A stretch of DNA of 64,000 nt from a virus, in the IMG/VR virus record IMGVR_UViG_3300029258_003681. One strand, written 5' to 3'. Position 1 is the stretch's first letter, and every line of letters starts with the position of its first letter. The notes below the pieces were generated by a model. That model was not told the DNA's origin and searched no databases. It was given only the letters and a program-made list of their open reading frames with translations. A program made the translations under genes and the position numbers. Below are positions 16,223 to 25,358 of the stretch, piece by piece.

Positions 16223-18829
16223 ATGACGGTTGAAAATTTTTCTATAAGCAACGAAAAAGTAAAACTCAGATACAAAGAGCGCTACCTTACAGAGGGGTCG
16301 AACGAGAAGTCTCTTGCGCTTGCTCGCGGGTGTTATCGTGGGTTTTTGCCACGAAAATCTGCGGTGGCCGACATGCAGATCTGGCTGGCCGTGGATCCAT
16401 TGTCTCTTGGGTTTGATGAGGATTCATTCGCTATCTATTCTGAGCGCAATGACGGCGCTCCGAATTATGATGGTTGGAGCGTATCCATCCGCGAGGTGGC
16501 TGATGTCGCGTTGAATCTCTCGGGGTCTGCCCTGGATCCTATTCCTCTTGGTGTGACTTATCTTTATGTATATACAGTGGCCAATTATGTCCCTGGTTCC
16601 GTGACAACGGCCACATATGATGTGGCAGATGAAGATCCGTCCAATATTGCATCGTCGAACTACAATCCTGATGCGATTTTAATCGGGCGTATACCTGTTA
16701 CTCCTGGTGCGGTTGTTATTGATTTCGATATTACCAATCCTGTTGTATATGCGGATGTGGTTGCCGCTAGGAAGTTGCCGACGCCGACGCCTGTCAATGA
16801 CGCTTCAACATTGACACCTGGCGACGATCTCTGGGGATATATTGATAGTGTCAGCTTGTGGGCTGTTCCAACGGTTGATCAGAAAGACGCGCTGGATGGT
16901 GCTAGTTCTCCAAATGCGGCGAATCCCTTTGCTACTATGGACGATGTTGCGAGGAAGTATTTTGCGGAGCCAGCGATGCAGAATACTACTATTTTCAACA
17001 TTACTCCTGGTCAGAAGGTTCCCCTGTCGGGACGTTGGTATATTGGGGATGGAGGCATTGGTGATGCTGCTCGCTACTTTAATCTGACGGACAACGACTC
17101 CAATGGAACGGCTGCTTTCGGGGACGGTGGCGTTGTTTATGTGGGTATAGTTTACAATACTGCTGGTACGTCAATTCTCAATCCGTCTGTTGATGCGGAT
17201 GCCCAGGGTTTTTATAATAATCCGCAGATATATATTGTGAGCGAATCTTCTGTTGCGGCATCTTCCAGTATCAGTATTAATGTATACGGATACAAGCGGG
17301 CGCAGCTAACTACGATAGATCAGACGCCTGTCCAGGCGCTTCCTACAACGCGCGTGACTCATACCCAGATGGTTCGTCCTCCAGAATTTTCGAATCCTCC
17401 AGCGTGGTTTCAGACTAACAATCCTGATTACGGCAATCTCACCCGAGGGCTGGAACTCTTGCATAAGCGCAACAGGGGGCCAGCGCATCCATTGTGGACG
17501 GACTCGAAAGTTTCGGGGCGTCTGATTGATAGCGATGATGTTCCAGACGGATGCATGACTAATGAAGGGTATTATCCTGTTGGTTTTGGTTCTTTTCGCC
17601 ATGTAACTTCTGCCCGAGATGATGAGGGCAATGTAATAGTATACATGGCTGAGGCTCTTGGGGGATCTTATAGTGCGTGCTATAACATTGTTGAGTTTTT
17701 CGACCAAACCAAGACTGCTGTCGTTTACGATATAGCGACTATATTACCGGCTGCAAGTGTGGGATGGTGGTACATTACTGGAATGTGTTGCGATAACAAT
17801 CGCCTCTATATTCGTGTGCGCGATACAGATTTTATTGGAACGGCAGATCATTATGTGTTTTGTTTCAATATCGGATCTGCTGGTGGTTTGACGCTTAATT
17901 CGAGTTGGCCTGCTGCGGGGCTTTACATTGATACATATGCTGGCCCTCCCAATGTTACTCACCCTGATTCTGATGATATAATTCTTGCAGCTCCAGGCAA
18001 GTTGGCCACGGTCAACGGCGACAATGATCTCCAGGCGGCAGCTCCAAGCACAGCGGGCGTTGTGATTATCGATGCGAGTAATGGTACGATTTTGACTCAG
18101 GGGTGCGGGGATATTGGATCGCTTGGTCTTGGGACGCCTGTTTATGCCTGCGGTCCATTGGTATCGACTGGGGAAGATTCAGTTCCGTATTCTGTTTATT
18201 ACGGACTGTATTCGTCAGTTGCCGGTGAGTTTGTCGGTGTTCACGGCGTTAAGATCTCAGATGCGACTACATCTTGGAAGACCAGTTGGTGGGCACCTGT
18301 AAATACGCCGTCCAATCTTGCGTCTGCACACGTTGCGTCGATGGTATGGGACGGTATGTATTTGAACATAGTTATGACAGATTTTGTTGTGCCAGGTGCG
18401 CTTGCTCGAACATGGGTCCAGATGCCCAGTGTCAGACAAAATGGACCAGTCCTCACCGATATATATGCAATCGATACGAGTGCCAATCTTGATATGATGC
18501 TGGGACCAGCTGGCTATGATGGGAAGAATAGTTGGATTGTTTACTGGGATGACGACACTGCCGAAGTCAAATTGCATAAATTGTCTCATCAGCGAATCAA
18601 TGCTGAGATGAGTGGACTCGGTGGGTCGTGGATACAGCCGTATTCGGAGTTGAAAAAGGACCAGGCTTCTTGGATGTGGCCCTATTCTTATTCTGCGGGG
18701 GATGTTCTTTTTTGGTGGCAGAATAGAGCACACTTTGATGGGATGAATCTTTGGTACGCACCAGAATGGGAGCCAGGCGAACTGTGGGCTGGCGTCCTTT
18801 TTAAATTGTCGCTGTTAAAATCGAGGTAG
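16223..18829 (+). CDS. Tail fibre / virion structural protein, C-terminal propeller-like region
   Basis: 868 aa, beta-rich, within tail operon; DGxN/YDGxN repeats near the C-terminus. Confidence 0.55.
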   Translation: MTVENFSISNEKVKLRYKERYLTEGSNEKSLALARGCYRGFLPRKSAVADMQIWLAVDPLSLGFDEDSFAIYSERNDGAPNYDGWSVSIREVADVALNLSGSALDPIPLGVTYLYVYTVANYVPGSVTTATYDVADEDPSNIASSNYNPDAILIGRIPVTPGAVVIDFDITNPVVYADVVAARKLPTPTPVNDASTLTPGDDLWGYIDSVSLWAVPTVDQKDALDGASSPNAANPFATMDDVARKYFAEPAMQNTTIFNITPGQKVPLSGRWYIGDGGIGDAARYFNLTDNDSNGTAAFGDGGVVYVGIVYNTAGTSILNPSVDADAQGFYNNPQIYIVSESSVAASSSISINVYGYKRAQLTTIDQTPVQALPTTRVTHTQMVRPPEFSNPPAWFQTNNPDYGNLTRGLELLHKRNRGPAHPLWTDSKVSGRLIDSDDVPDGCMTNEGYYPVGFGSFRHVTSARDDEGNVIVYMAEALGGSYSACYNIVEFFDQTKTAVVYDIATILPAASVGWWYITGMCCDNNRLYIRVRDTDFIGTADHYVFCFNIGSAGGLTLNSSWPAAGLYIDTYAGPPNVTHPDSDDIILAAPGKLATVNGDNDLQAAAPSTAGVVIIDASNGTILTQGCGDIGSLGLGTPVYACGPLVSTGEDSVPYSVYYGLYSSVAGEFVGVHGVKISDATTSWKTSWWAPVNTPSNLASAHVASMVWDGMYLNIVMTDFVVPGALARTWVQMPSVRQNGPVLTDIYAIDTSANLDMMLGPAGYDGKNSWIVYWDDDTAEVKLHKLSHQRINAEMSGLGGSWIQPYSELKKDQASWMWPYSYSAGDVLFWWQNRAHFDGMNLWYAPEWEPGELWAGVLFKLSLLKSR

Positions 18830-18832
18830 GAA

Positions 18833-19354
18833 ATGCCGATAAAAAAGAAAAAGAAAAAGGAAAAGAGTCCGCAGGATGAATCGGTGGAGATCTTCCGTGT
18901 TCTTGGTGTGTTGCACGATGAGCTAGCTCCTTTCCTTGGCGTTCGTCGTATGCATAAGGAACGAATGAAGAAGCTGGTCGGCCGCGTCAATGATCGGCTT
19001 GCTCTGTTGGCTGATTTCAAGACGCGTAAGGGGGCTGCGTTTGCAGAGAGCAATCCTGATGATAGTGCCGAACTCGATGTTGCTGTGGAGTCTTTGACCG
19101 CTTTAAAAGATGGTCTGGAGCCGCTTTCGGCTGGACTGGAAGATGGCAGTGAGGAAGTGGGCAAGATTGTTCCAATGCCAGCAGCAGAGGAGATCGAGAT
19201 TCCCGATGACAAGAAGGAAGCTTTTGCGAATGCCAAGTCATATCGCAAAGCAAGAAGGTTGACTGCGGAAGATTGGATGGCCCACCAGGAGAATCAAAAA
19301 ATTGATGCTTTTACCGAAAAAGTGCTCGCTGTAGTGGCAAGTGAGGTAGAATAG
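18833..19354 (+). CDS. Hypothetical protein with Lys-rich N-terminus
   Basis: Tight operon packing; MPIKKKKKKEK start, helical body. Confidence 0.6.
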   Translation: MPIKKKKKKEKSPQDESVEIFRVLGVLHDELAPFLGVRRMHKERMKKLVGRVNDRLALLADFKTRKGAAFAESNPDDSAELDVAVESLTALKDGLEPLSAGLEDGSEEVGKIVPMPAAEEIEIPDDKKEAFANAKSYRKARRLTAEDWMAHQENQKIDAFTEKVLAVVASEVE

Positions 19355-19358
19355 ATCC

Positions 19359-20141
19359 ATGGCTTTTGGAGTTATAGGTGCCGTAGTTGAAGCTATGATG
19401 TTTGGCCCCGAGGGGATGGACTATAAGGCTATTTCGATTGCGGGTGTGAATCCTGTTGATCAGTCTATAATGTTGCCCGAAAGAACCTTCCAATTTTGGC
19501 CCGAGTCGATCCAGGATACGATTGATATTGGTTGGAACTTCAAAGATATTCCAGGCATGTCGCATGCGCTCGCGCAATGGGCAAGTAACGGCGGTCGGAC
19601 GATTACATTTGAAGTTCATTTTCACAGGTTTATGAAGCCTGTAGCTTCGGTGGACCAGAACATTTTTGAGCGTGTTCTTGATCCGTTCAAGCTCAATACT
19701 CCTAGCTCGGAATATTTGAAAGATAATCGTCCTCACAACGTAGACATCGCGGCAGAGATCAAGTATCTGCGCGCGTTTTGCTATCCGAGCTACAAGGATG
19801 TTGAGGGGTATCGGACGTCGTTTCCTCCGCCTATTGGCATGCTGGCGGTCCCAGGAATGCGCTTGAGCGACAGTGATAATAGTGATGTAATTTATGTGAT
19901 CATGACTGGGTGTGATGTCACATATATGCTTGCATTTCCTGATGGTACTCCTCGGCGTGCTTCGGTGTCGCTGACTTTTCGTCAGGTGGTGCAGGATCCT
20001 GTGAACAAGGTGATTGTTCCTGCTGGTTTTGATCAAAACTCTCCGTTCGAGTTCGACGGGAGCGTTTGGGATACGATAGAGTCTGATCCGCCAGCGCGAG
20101 GGGGCAATCGGCCCAAGAATGGACTAGACGGATGGGGATGA
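19359..20141 (+). CDS. Tail tube initiator (CIS_tube / gp48-gp54-like)
   Basis: FQFWPESIQDTIDIGWNFKDIPGMSHALAQWASNGGRTITFEVHF and RRASVSLTFRQ fit this family. Confidence 0.7.
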   Translation: MAFGVIGAVVEAMMFGPEGMDYKAISIAGVNPVDQSIMLPERTFQFWPESIQDTIDIGWNFKDIPGMSHALAQWASNGGRTITFEVHFHRFMKPVASVDQNIFERVLDPFKLNTPSSEYLKDNRPHNVDIAAEIKYLRAFCYPSYKDVEGYRTSFPPPIGMLAVPGMRLSDSDNSDVIYVIMTGCDVTYMLAFPDGTPRRASVSLTFRQVVQDPVNKVIVPAGFDQNSPFEFDGSVWDTIESDPPARGGNRPKNGLDGWG

Positions 20142-20446
20142 AAGCAGAAGATGGTCGCGTAGTTGAGCGCAAGGAAACGAAGTCTCGTGAGCCCAAGCCA
20201 GGAGATGACTGGAGGGATCGTGAGGGTGTGGATTTCCCCAAGCGTGAGATGCGCTCGTTGGCAGGCGGGGATGAGGATGAGCCGAATCCCGATGAGTTGA
20301 TTATGGTGATGATGCCGAGGGAGACATGGGACGCATTTCTGGGGTTGGCTGCAAAGCATGGTGGTTCTGCGGCTCAGGCGATAAGCACGGCCTTGAAATT
20401 GCTGGAGAAAGCCCTCGAAGAAGCGGAGAATGCTGATGGCTCTTGA
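20138..20446 (+). CDS. Small protein with C-terminal ribbon-helix-helix-like domain
   Basis: LIMVMMPRETWDAFLGLAAKHGGSAAQAISTALKLL has the beta-helix-G-x-S-helix RHH pattern. Confidence 0.5.
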   Translation: MKAEDGRVVERKETKSREPKPGDDWRDREGVDFPKREMRSLAGGDEDEPNPDELIMVMMPRETWDAFLGLAAKHGGSAAQAISTALKLLEKALEEAENADGS

Positions 20447-20657
20447 TGCTGGAGATGCTGTGGAAGGAACGGGGCTTGCTGGTGCGATTGCTGCGGCTCG
20501 CAAGGAAGCCTATGGAAAGAAGTACTCGGTGAAGGATGATGCAGCGGGGATCAATCTGGAGGCTGCTGCGATCATCGACTATCTCGTGGCGAATACTGAG
20601 GTGCTTGTGATCGATGTGGAAGCTGGAGAAAGTGTAGCATCTGGTACAATTTCATAA
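20436..20657 (+). CDS. Small hypothetical (possibly structural) protein
   Basis: GGAG RBS, overlaps previous stop; AAAIIDYLVANTEV segment. Confidence 0.55.
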   Translation: MALDAGDAVEGTGLAGAIAAARKEAYGKKYSVKDDAAGINLEAAAIIDYLVANTEVLVIDVEAGESVASGTIS

Positions 20658-20659
20658 CC

Positions 20660-20675
20660 GCGAACTCCAGTTCGC
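20660..20675. repeat. 16-bp palindrome copy 3 (GCGAACTCCAGTTCGC)
   Basis: Intergenic; extends to CC...GG. Confidence 0.95.
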
Positions 20676-20693
20676 GGAGAGAGGTAGAGACTG

Positions 20694-21122
20694 ATGCATT
20701 TCCGCGAAAAGTTAATGTTTGTTATTTTTACTTTTATCATCTTTTGCTGTACTCCAGCGGTGCGGGATCCCAAGGTTTATAGGGCCGAGATTGATTTCAT
20801 GGAGGCTGCTGCTACGGAGCAAGTCGAGCGTGGGATTACTCTTATCGGCGAGTATTGCACATGCGAATCGGTGGGAGGTGTTCGGGGTTTTGTGGCCGCG
20901 TCCTGTCAGGATCTCGCCGAGACGATCCTCGTTGTTCAGTATCGGATGAAGTATCACACGGAGTTTATGCGATATTTGGGAGGAGTGAGCACACGGAGAC
21001 CGCCCAAGGATCCACCAGAGGTTCCTGATACGAATACGCTCTGTCCTGATGCTCCAGTTGAGGTGCCCGTGCGGGATCCGAAGGCGTTAGATGATTTGCC
21101 AGATGGAGGACTTGATGGGTGA
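20694..21122 (+). CDS. Predicted lipoprotein (possible spanin-like)
   Basis: Basic N-terminus, hydrophobic stretch, Cys (IIFCC), Pro-rich C-terminus. Confidence 0.45.
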   Translation: MHFREKLMFVIFTFIIFCCTPAVRDPKVYRAEIDFMEAAATEQVERGITLIGEYCTCESVGGVRGFVAASCQDLAETILVVQYRMKYHTEFMRYLGGVSTRRPPKDPPEVPDTNTLCPDAPVEVPVRDPKALDDLPDGGLDG

Positions 21123-21729
21123 GCGAACGAGTATTGCAGCAAAGGCGGCATCGCTGAAGAAGGCGGGCTTTTCTCCAGCGATCACGATTGTCATCATCGT
21201 TCTCAGCATGCCTGGCTTCTGGGGGTTGTTCGATGACACGGATGACAAGGCTTTGAACGCTATTGAGATGGCGTATCCCGTGTTGGCGAACGAGGTGGAG
21301 CATATCAAAAAGCAGGCAGATCGACAGCGCGAAGCTGATCAGAAACTGTATGATGAGATTCGTGCGTTGCGACAGAGAATTGATATGATGATGATGGGTG
21401 CCGTTGGGTTTTCTGGTGATTTTGCTTTGGAGGGTGCGCCGAGTGCTCCTCCTTCGGTGGCGTTGACGCCTCCTCCTGTGTTGTTTCCGACGGCGCTGGA
21501 CGGTGACGCAGATGGTGACGGCGATGAAGATGAGGTGCCAGTAAGCGAGGATCTTCCTGCTGTCGGGACGCCATCGTCGCTGAAATCTGTGACATCCATT
21601 TCCACGACAAGCAAGGAGCCGAAGACGCTCGATGGATTGATTCAGCAGCAGAAGGTAATTCCAAGGCGAAAACCGCTGCCTCTTTTGAAGGATTTGTTGG
21701 GTAGTTCGGGCGGGAAGGATTCCAAATGA
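21115..21729 (+). CDS. Membrane-anchored coiled-coil protein (lysis-related candidate)
   Basis: One TM segment (AITIVIIVLSMPGFWGLF), coiled coil, Pro/acidic tail. Confidence 0.5.
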   Translation: MGERTSIAAKAASLKKAGFSPAITIVIIVLSMPGFWGLFDDTDDKALNAIEMAYPVLANEVEHIKKQADRQREADQKLYDEIRALRQRIDMMMMGAVGFSGDFALEGAPSAPPSVALTPPPVLFPTALDGDADGDGDEDEVPVSEDLPAVGTPSSLKSVTSISTTSKEPKTLDGLIQQQKVIPRRKPLPLLKDLLGSSGGKDSK

Positions 21730-22106
21730 AGTGGGATGAATTACTGAAAAATATGGTGAAGAGTGCTGGTGTCGTGGGTATGAAGAAGGCGGAGCAGGCC
21801 ATGAACCGTCTCCAAGGTGAGATGGATGAGCCATGGAAGCGTGCGATCATGGACATGGTTGGGGACGCGGTTGAGAAATACGGCTGGGAGGGCGTGGAGC
21901 GTGTCCAGGAGGTGGTTGATCAAGTGGCGGCTGGCAAGGCTCCTGATCTGTCTTTCGCCTCCCTGAAGGCCCGCAGTGACGTTCTGGCGTTTATGCAAAA
22001 TGCAGAGGCTGACGAAAAATCCAAGGCTAGGGACTTCTTCTCGGTTGTGGGACAGGCTTTGGGTGTGGTATTAAAAGTAGTGATCCGTGGATTGATAAAG
22101 GGATAG
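21726..22106 (+). CDS. Hypothetical helical protein with hydrophobic C-terminus
   Basis: ATGA overlap; C-terminal FFSVVGQALGVVLKVVIRGLI. Confidence 0.6.
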   Translation: MKWDELLKNMVKSAGVVGMKKAEQAMNRLQGEMDEPWKRAIMDMVGDAVEKYGWEGVERVQEVVDQVAAGKAPDLSFASLKARSDVLAFMQNAEADEKSKARDFFSVVGQALGVVLKVVIRGLIKG

Positions 22107-22109
22107 CAG

Positions 22110-22703
22110 ATGAGGAAACTGATTGAACGTCTGTCATTGATTGCCGAGGACTATTATGCGGCAAAATCGGGGAGGATTTCCGATTATATTGATGGGTGGC
22201 AGGTCAGGGGTGACAAAGCATACGAAGATTCTATGCCTATCATGATTGATGTTTCTCAGCTGTGGCCATATCGAGAGTATACATGGACGCGAGAGACTGC
22301 CCGTTCTGGGTATGCGCGAGTTGGTGGTAAAAAGTCTGATCTTCCTGGGGAATTGAAATGGGATGCTATGAAGTCCGACCTGAAGAAGAATGGTTGGGAT
22401 CGGACGGAGCCGTTGTACTTTGAGATCGGTCGTTCTCGGGGGGCAAAGGTTGGTGAAGGAAATCACAGGCTTGCTCTGGCTAAGGAGATTGGAATTCGGA
22501 AGGTTCCTGTGGTTTTTTTGTTTAAGGTTGGCAGTGTCACGAAGAGCAAGAAGCGCGACTCAAAAGTTGATATTTCGAAGGCTGCCGTTCGGGATGTTGT
22601 CAAGAGAGATGCCAAGAAGCCAGTTGCCAAGCAGGAGTATAAGCGTGGTGAGGATCCTGGAATGGATGACATCCTTGATCTTCTGCTGGGGAAGGGTGCG
22701 TAA
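22110..22703 (+). CDS. ParB/Srx N-terminal-domain protein with MRKLIERL leader
   Basis: VGEGNHRLALAKEIGIRKVPV matches the ParBc GxxR motif; no HTH seen. Confidence 0.65.
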   Translation: MRKLIERLSLIAEDYYAAKSGRISDYIDGWQVRGDKAYEDSMPIMIDVSQLWPYREYTWTRETARSGYARVGGKKSDLPGELKWDAMKSDLKKNGWDRTEPLYFEIGRSRGAKVGEGNHRLALAKEIGIRKVPVVFLFKVGSVTKSKKRDSKVDISKAAVRDVVKRDAKKPVAKQEYKRGEDPGMDDILDLLLGKGA

Positions 22704-23194
22704 TGCCAAAGTGGGTATCAGGTCCTGACGGGGAGAAAGCCTGGAAGAAGGCGAAGGGGATTGTTGGCAAGGAGTACGGCGCTGGGCTTGAGAAGAGCAA
22801 TCCCGATAAGTTCTATTCCTTGGTGACTACCATTTACAAGAATGTCTGCAAGAGCCCCGATTATGATTGCGGGATCGGTGAGGGGATTCAGCGTGGAGTT
22901 GGTAGGCTGCGAGGGCTGACGGAGCAGTTGGCTGTTTTTTGCGAGGCGATTTCTAGCAAGAAGATCCGCGAGGCCGAGCAGATGAAAGGCTGGCACGAGC
23001 AGGACGCGAAGTACCTACGCAGGGAAGCCAGCAAGCAAAAGGGAACGCAGGCCAAACAGACGATCAAGGCGGCCGATATGCATGATGCGGCGGCTGAGGC
23101 TTTTCGTGTAGTTTTGAATAGCAAGTCGGCCAAGGATTTGAAACGGGCGAAAGAGGCGCGGAAGGCAGCGCTATTGTTTGCGAGGAATCGATGA
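22703..23194 (+). CDS. Basic hypothetical protein (putative internal head protein)
   Basis: EKAWKKAKGIVGKEY...FYSLVTTIYKNV small helical domain; internal LTEQLAVFCE segment. Confidence 0.55.
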   Translation: MPKWVSGPDGEKAWKKAKGIVGKEYGAGLEKSNPDKFYSLVTTIYKNVCKSPDYDCGIGEGIQRGVGRLRGLTEQLAVFCEAISSKKIREAEQMKGWHEQDAKYLRREASKQKGTQAKQTIKAADMHDAAAEAFRVVLNSKSAKDLKRAKEARKAALLFARNR

Positions 23195-23730
23195 CCATAT
23201 TGAGAGAATTGAGTGAACGGCTGGCGACTTTTGTCAATATTGGGAATCCGAAGGCGCGTGCGATAGCCGTATATGATCTGGCTACGAAGGTCAGGAATTT
23301 CGGTGGCGATCTGGCGATGCGGCTCGCGGACAAAAGTGATCCGTATGGTGAGATGGCATCGCGGCATCCAAAGGTGAAGAGCACGGGCAAGAAGATGATT
23401 TCGGCGATGGAGGCTTTTTCCAAGGCGGTGTTTGACACCGAGAAGTCGATCGACATCTCCCCGCGCGTGCGCGGGCGCTTGCGTGAGGAGCGCATCTTTG
23501 CGGCGATGATGCAGCTGGGGAGGTCGTTTGAAGAGATCAATGCGCTGACCGACGAGCAGATTGACGAGTTGATGGAGAAGTCGCAGCCGAAACTGAACAA
23601 GTACGATCCTGGTAGTTTGTTGGGGTGGACCGTCCATCTCCTCAGCAAGGAGGGGCTTGACGATGCGGCCGACGAGGTTCGAAAGGTTTCTCGCCATGTT
23701 TCGCAGGCTTGGCAGCAGAGAGAACGATAG
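23191..23730 (+). CDS. Hypothetical (putative internal head protein)
   Basis: ATGA overlap; N-terminus MTILRELSERL. Confidence 0.6.
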   Translation: MTILRELSERLATFVNIGNPKARAIAVYDLATKVRNFGGDLAMRLADKSDPYGEMASRHPKVKSTGKKMISAMEAFSKAVFDTEKSIDISPRVRGRLREERIFAAMMQLGRSFEEINALTDEQIDELMEKSQPKLNKYDPGSLLGWTVHLLSKEGLDDAADEVRKVSRHVSQAWQQRER

Positions 23731-23759
23731 TTGACAAACCGCCCCGTGGGGCGTAAGGT
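23731..23759 (+). promoter_or_regulatory. Sigma70-type promoter with palindromic spacer
   Basis: TTGACA-17 nt-TAAGGT; spacer contains CGCCCC-GT-GGGGCG. Confidence 0.6.
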
Positions 23760-23765
23760 GTGGAT

Positions 23766-24065
23766 ATGAAAGAGCTAATCGAAAAAAAGAAGGGTCGTCC
23801 TGTAAAAGGGGCTGGTAGTGCGCGTGGGACCAAGAAAGAAGTGCGTCAGGCTATCGAGATGCATACTCCTTTCAAGATTGATGGTGTGAGTGAACATGCG
23901 GGAACGTTGATGTATTCTGTGTCGATTCCGCGTAGCGTTCACAATAAGGCTAGGATTTATGTTCATCCTGATGGAGAGGCTTCGTTTAGTTCCGAAGTCG
24001 AGCTTCCTCGCCAAAAGGATATTCGTGATCTTGGAGCGCTCATGCGTATAGTTGGTATCAAGTAG
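23766..24065 (+). CDS. Hypothetical with MKELIEK leader
   Basis: ATG at 23766 just after promoter. Confidence 0.6.
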   Translation: MKELIEKKKGRPVKGAGSARGTKKEVRQAIEMHTPFKIDGVSEHAGTLMYSVSIPRSVHNKARIYVHPDGEASFSSEVELPRQKDIRDLGALMRIVGIK

Positions 24066-24075
24066 GAGAGCTTTC

Positions 24076-24351
24076 ATGAAAGAGCTGATTGAAAAGGCGA
24101 CTCGTGGAGAAAAGATTGACGACGAGGAGACGATCGCGAAGCGTGTAAAGGATGAGCTGAAGGCGGCCAAAGTTCGTCGTGTGAGTCGTGCCACTGATGA
24201 ATTGTATATCGATGCTGGGATTGATGAGGCATCAGTTTTTTTTGATCCCAAAACAAACAAAGCATCTGTTAGGATGGTAATCGTTCGGGAGGCGGATGCA
24301 GATGGGAAGGCGATTGCTGCCCTTCTGAAAAAACATGGAGTACCCTACTAA
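24076..24351 (+). CDS. Hypothetical with MKELIEK leader
   Basis: AGGAG RBS, ATG at 24076. Confidence 0.6.
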   Translation: MKELIEKATRGEKIDDEETIAKRVKDELKAAKVRRVSRATDELYIDAGIDEASVFFDPKTNKASVRMVIVREADADGKAIAALLKKHGVPY

Positions 24352-24743
24352 TGCGTGAACTCATTGAAAGAAAAATCCAGGAGGCCAAGACTGGCTGGTC
24401 CCCGAAGTTGGACGCCGAGGGATGGCAGCTTTATGAGCCCGAGACAAAAGCTGAGCGGACCAAAACTGCGAAGGCTGTCACGGCATTGAATAGTGCGATG
24501 GCGAAATTCAAGAAGGCTGTTCGCAAGAAGCTCTCGAAGATTGCGGAGTATGACACGAAGGTGGTGGGGCCGATCGCTGGCGAGTTGTTCGATGCTATTG
24601 TGGCGCCGGTCCATGCGAAATTCGATTCTGTTGGGGCTGACGATACGCCTTCTCGTGAGATCTCGACTCTCGCGGCCATTCAGATGGTGAAGGATATTTA
24701 CGGAAAGACTGGCTGGACTAAGCTCGGCGATCATATCGGTTGA
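24351..24743 (+). CDS. Hypothetical with MRELIER leader
   Basis: TAATG stop/start overlap. Confidence 0.6.
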   Translation: MRELIERKIQEAKTGWSPKLDAEGWQLYEPETKAERTKTAKAVTALNSAMAKFKKAVRKKLSKIAEYDTKVVGPIAGELFDAIVAPVHAKFDSVGADDTPSREISTLAAIQMVKDIYGKTGWTKLGDHIG

Positions 24744-24756
24744 GCGGGAGGTTGAG

Positions 24757-25356
24757 ATGAGAAGAGATTTTGTCGAAGAACTCGGTGCATTCATTGGCAT
24801 AGAACCGCTGATGGAAGGCGAGGAATACGACCAGGCAAAGACGATGCTCAACAAGGGTATCATGCCTGACGGTGAGAAATGGCCTCGTGGAAAGCCCAAG
24901 ATCTTCGTTGGTTTTGACGGTGATATTCTGATGAAGCGACTCAAGCGCTCTGACGATGGCTCCGTTGTTTCGTTCGATCTGGAACTGAAGCCTGGGAAGG
25001 GTGGGGGTGCTGGTGCGACGATTGAGGCGGCGGCATCGAACCACTACTTCAACCTGGCAGGAACGGATGCCAAGCATATCAAGGGTATGCGAGGTGCGTT
25101 TGAGGCGGCGGTGAAGTCTGACACGAAGGGCCTGGGTCGTGATCTCCACAAATGGTTCAAGGATCCTGATAATTGGGTCTGGCGCATTGTGGGGTGGGGT
25201 GATCGAAAGCAGTGGACGGTCAAGAAGCTGACCATTTCCTCGATAACAACCAGCGGGACGATGATTGATCCGACGCGGCGCAAATGGCCGAGTGGCAGGA
25301 CGGAGATCTGGGTGCCGCTCAAGGTCACGGTGCAGGCTCAGATGAGGAGGAAGTAA
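24757..25356 (+). CDS. Hypothetical with MRRDFVEEL leader
   Basis: GGAGG RBS; phage-like codon use. Confidence 0.6.
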   Translation: MRRDFVEELGAFIGIEPLMEGEEYDQAKTMLNKGIMPDGEKWPRGKPKIFVGFDGDILMKRLKRSDDGSVVSFDLELKPGKGGGAGATIEAAASNHYFNLAGTDAKHIKGMRGAFEAAVKSDTKGLGRDLHKWFKDPDNWVWRIVGWGDRKQWTVKKLTISSITTSGTMIDPTRRKWPSGRTEIWVPLKVTVQAQMRRK

Positions 25357-25358
25357 TC

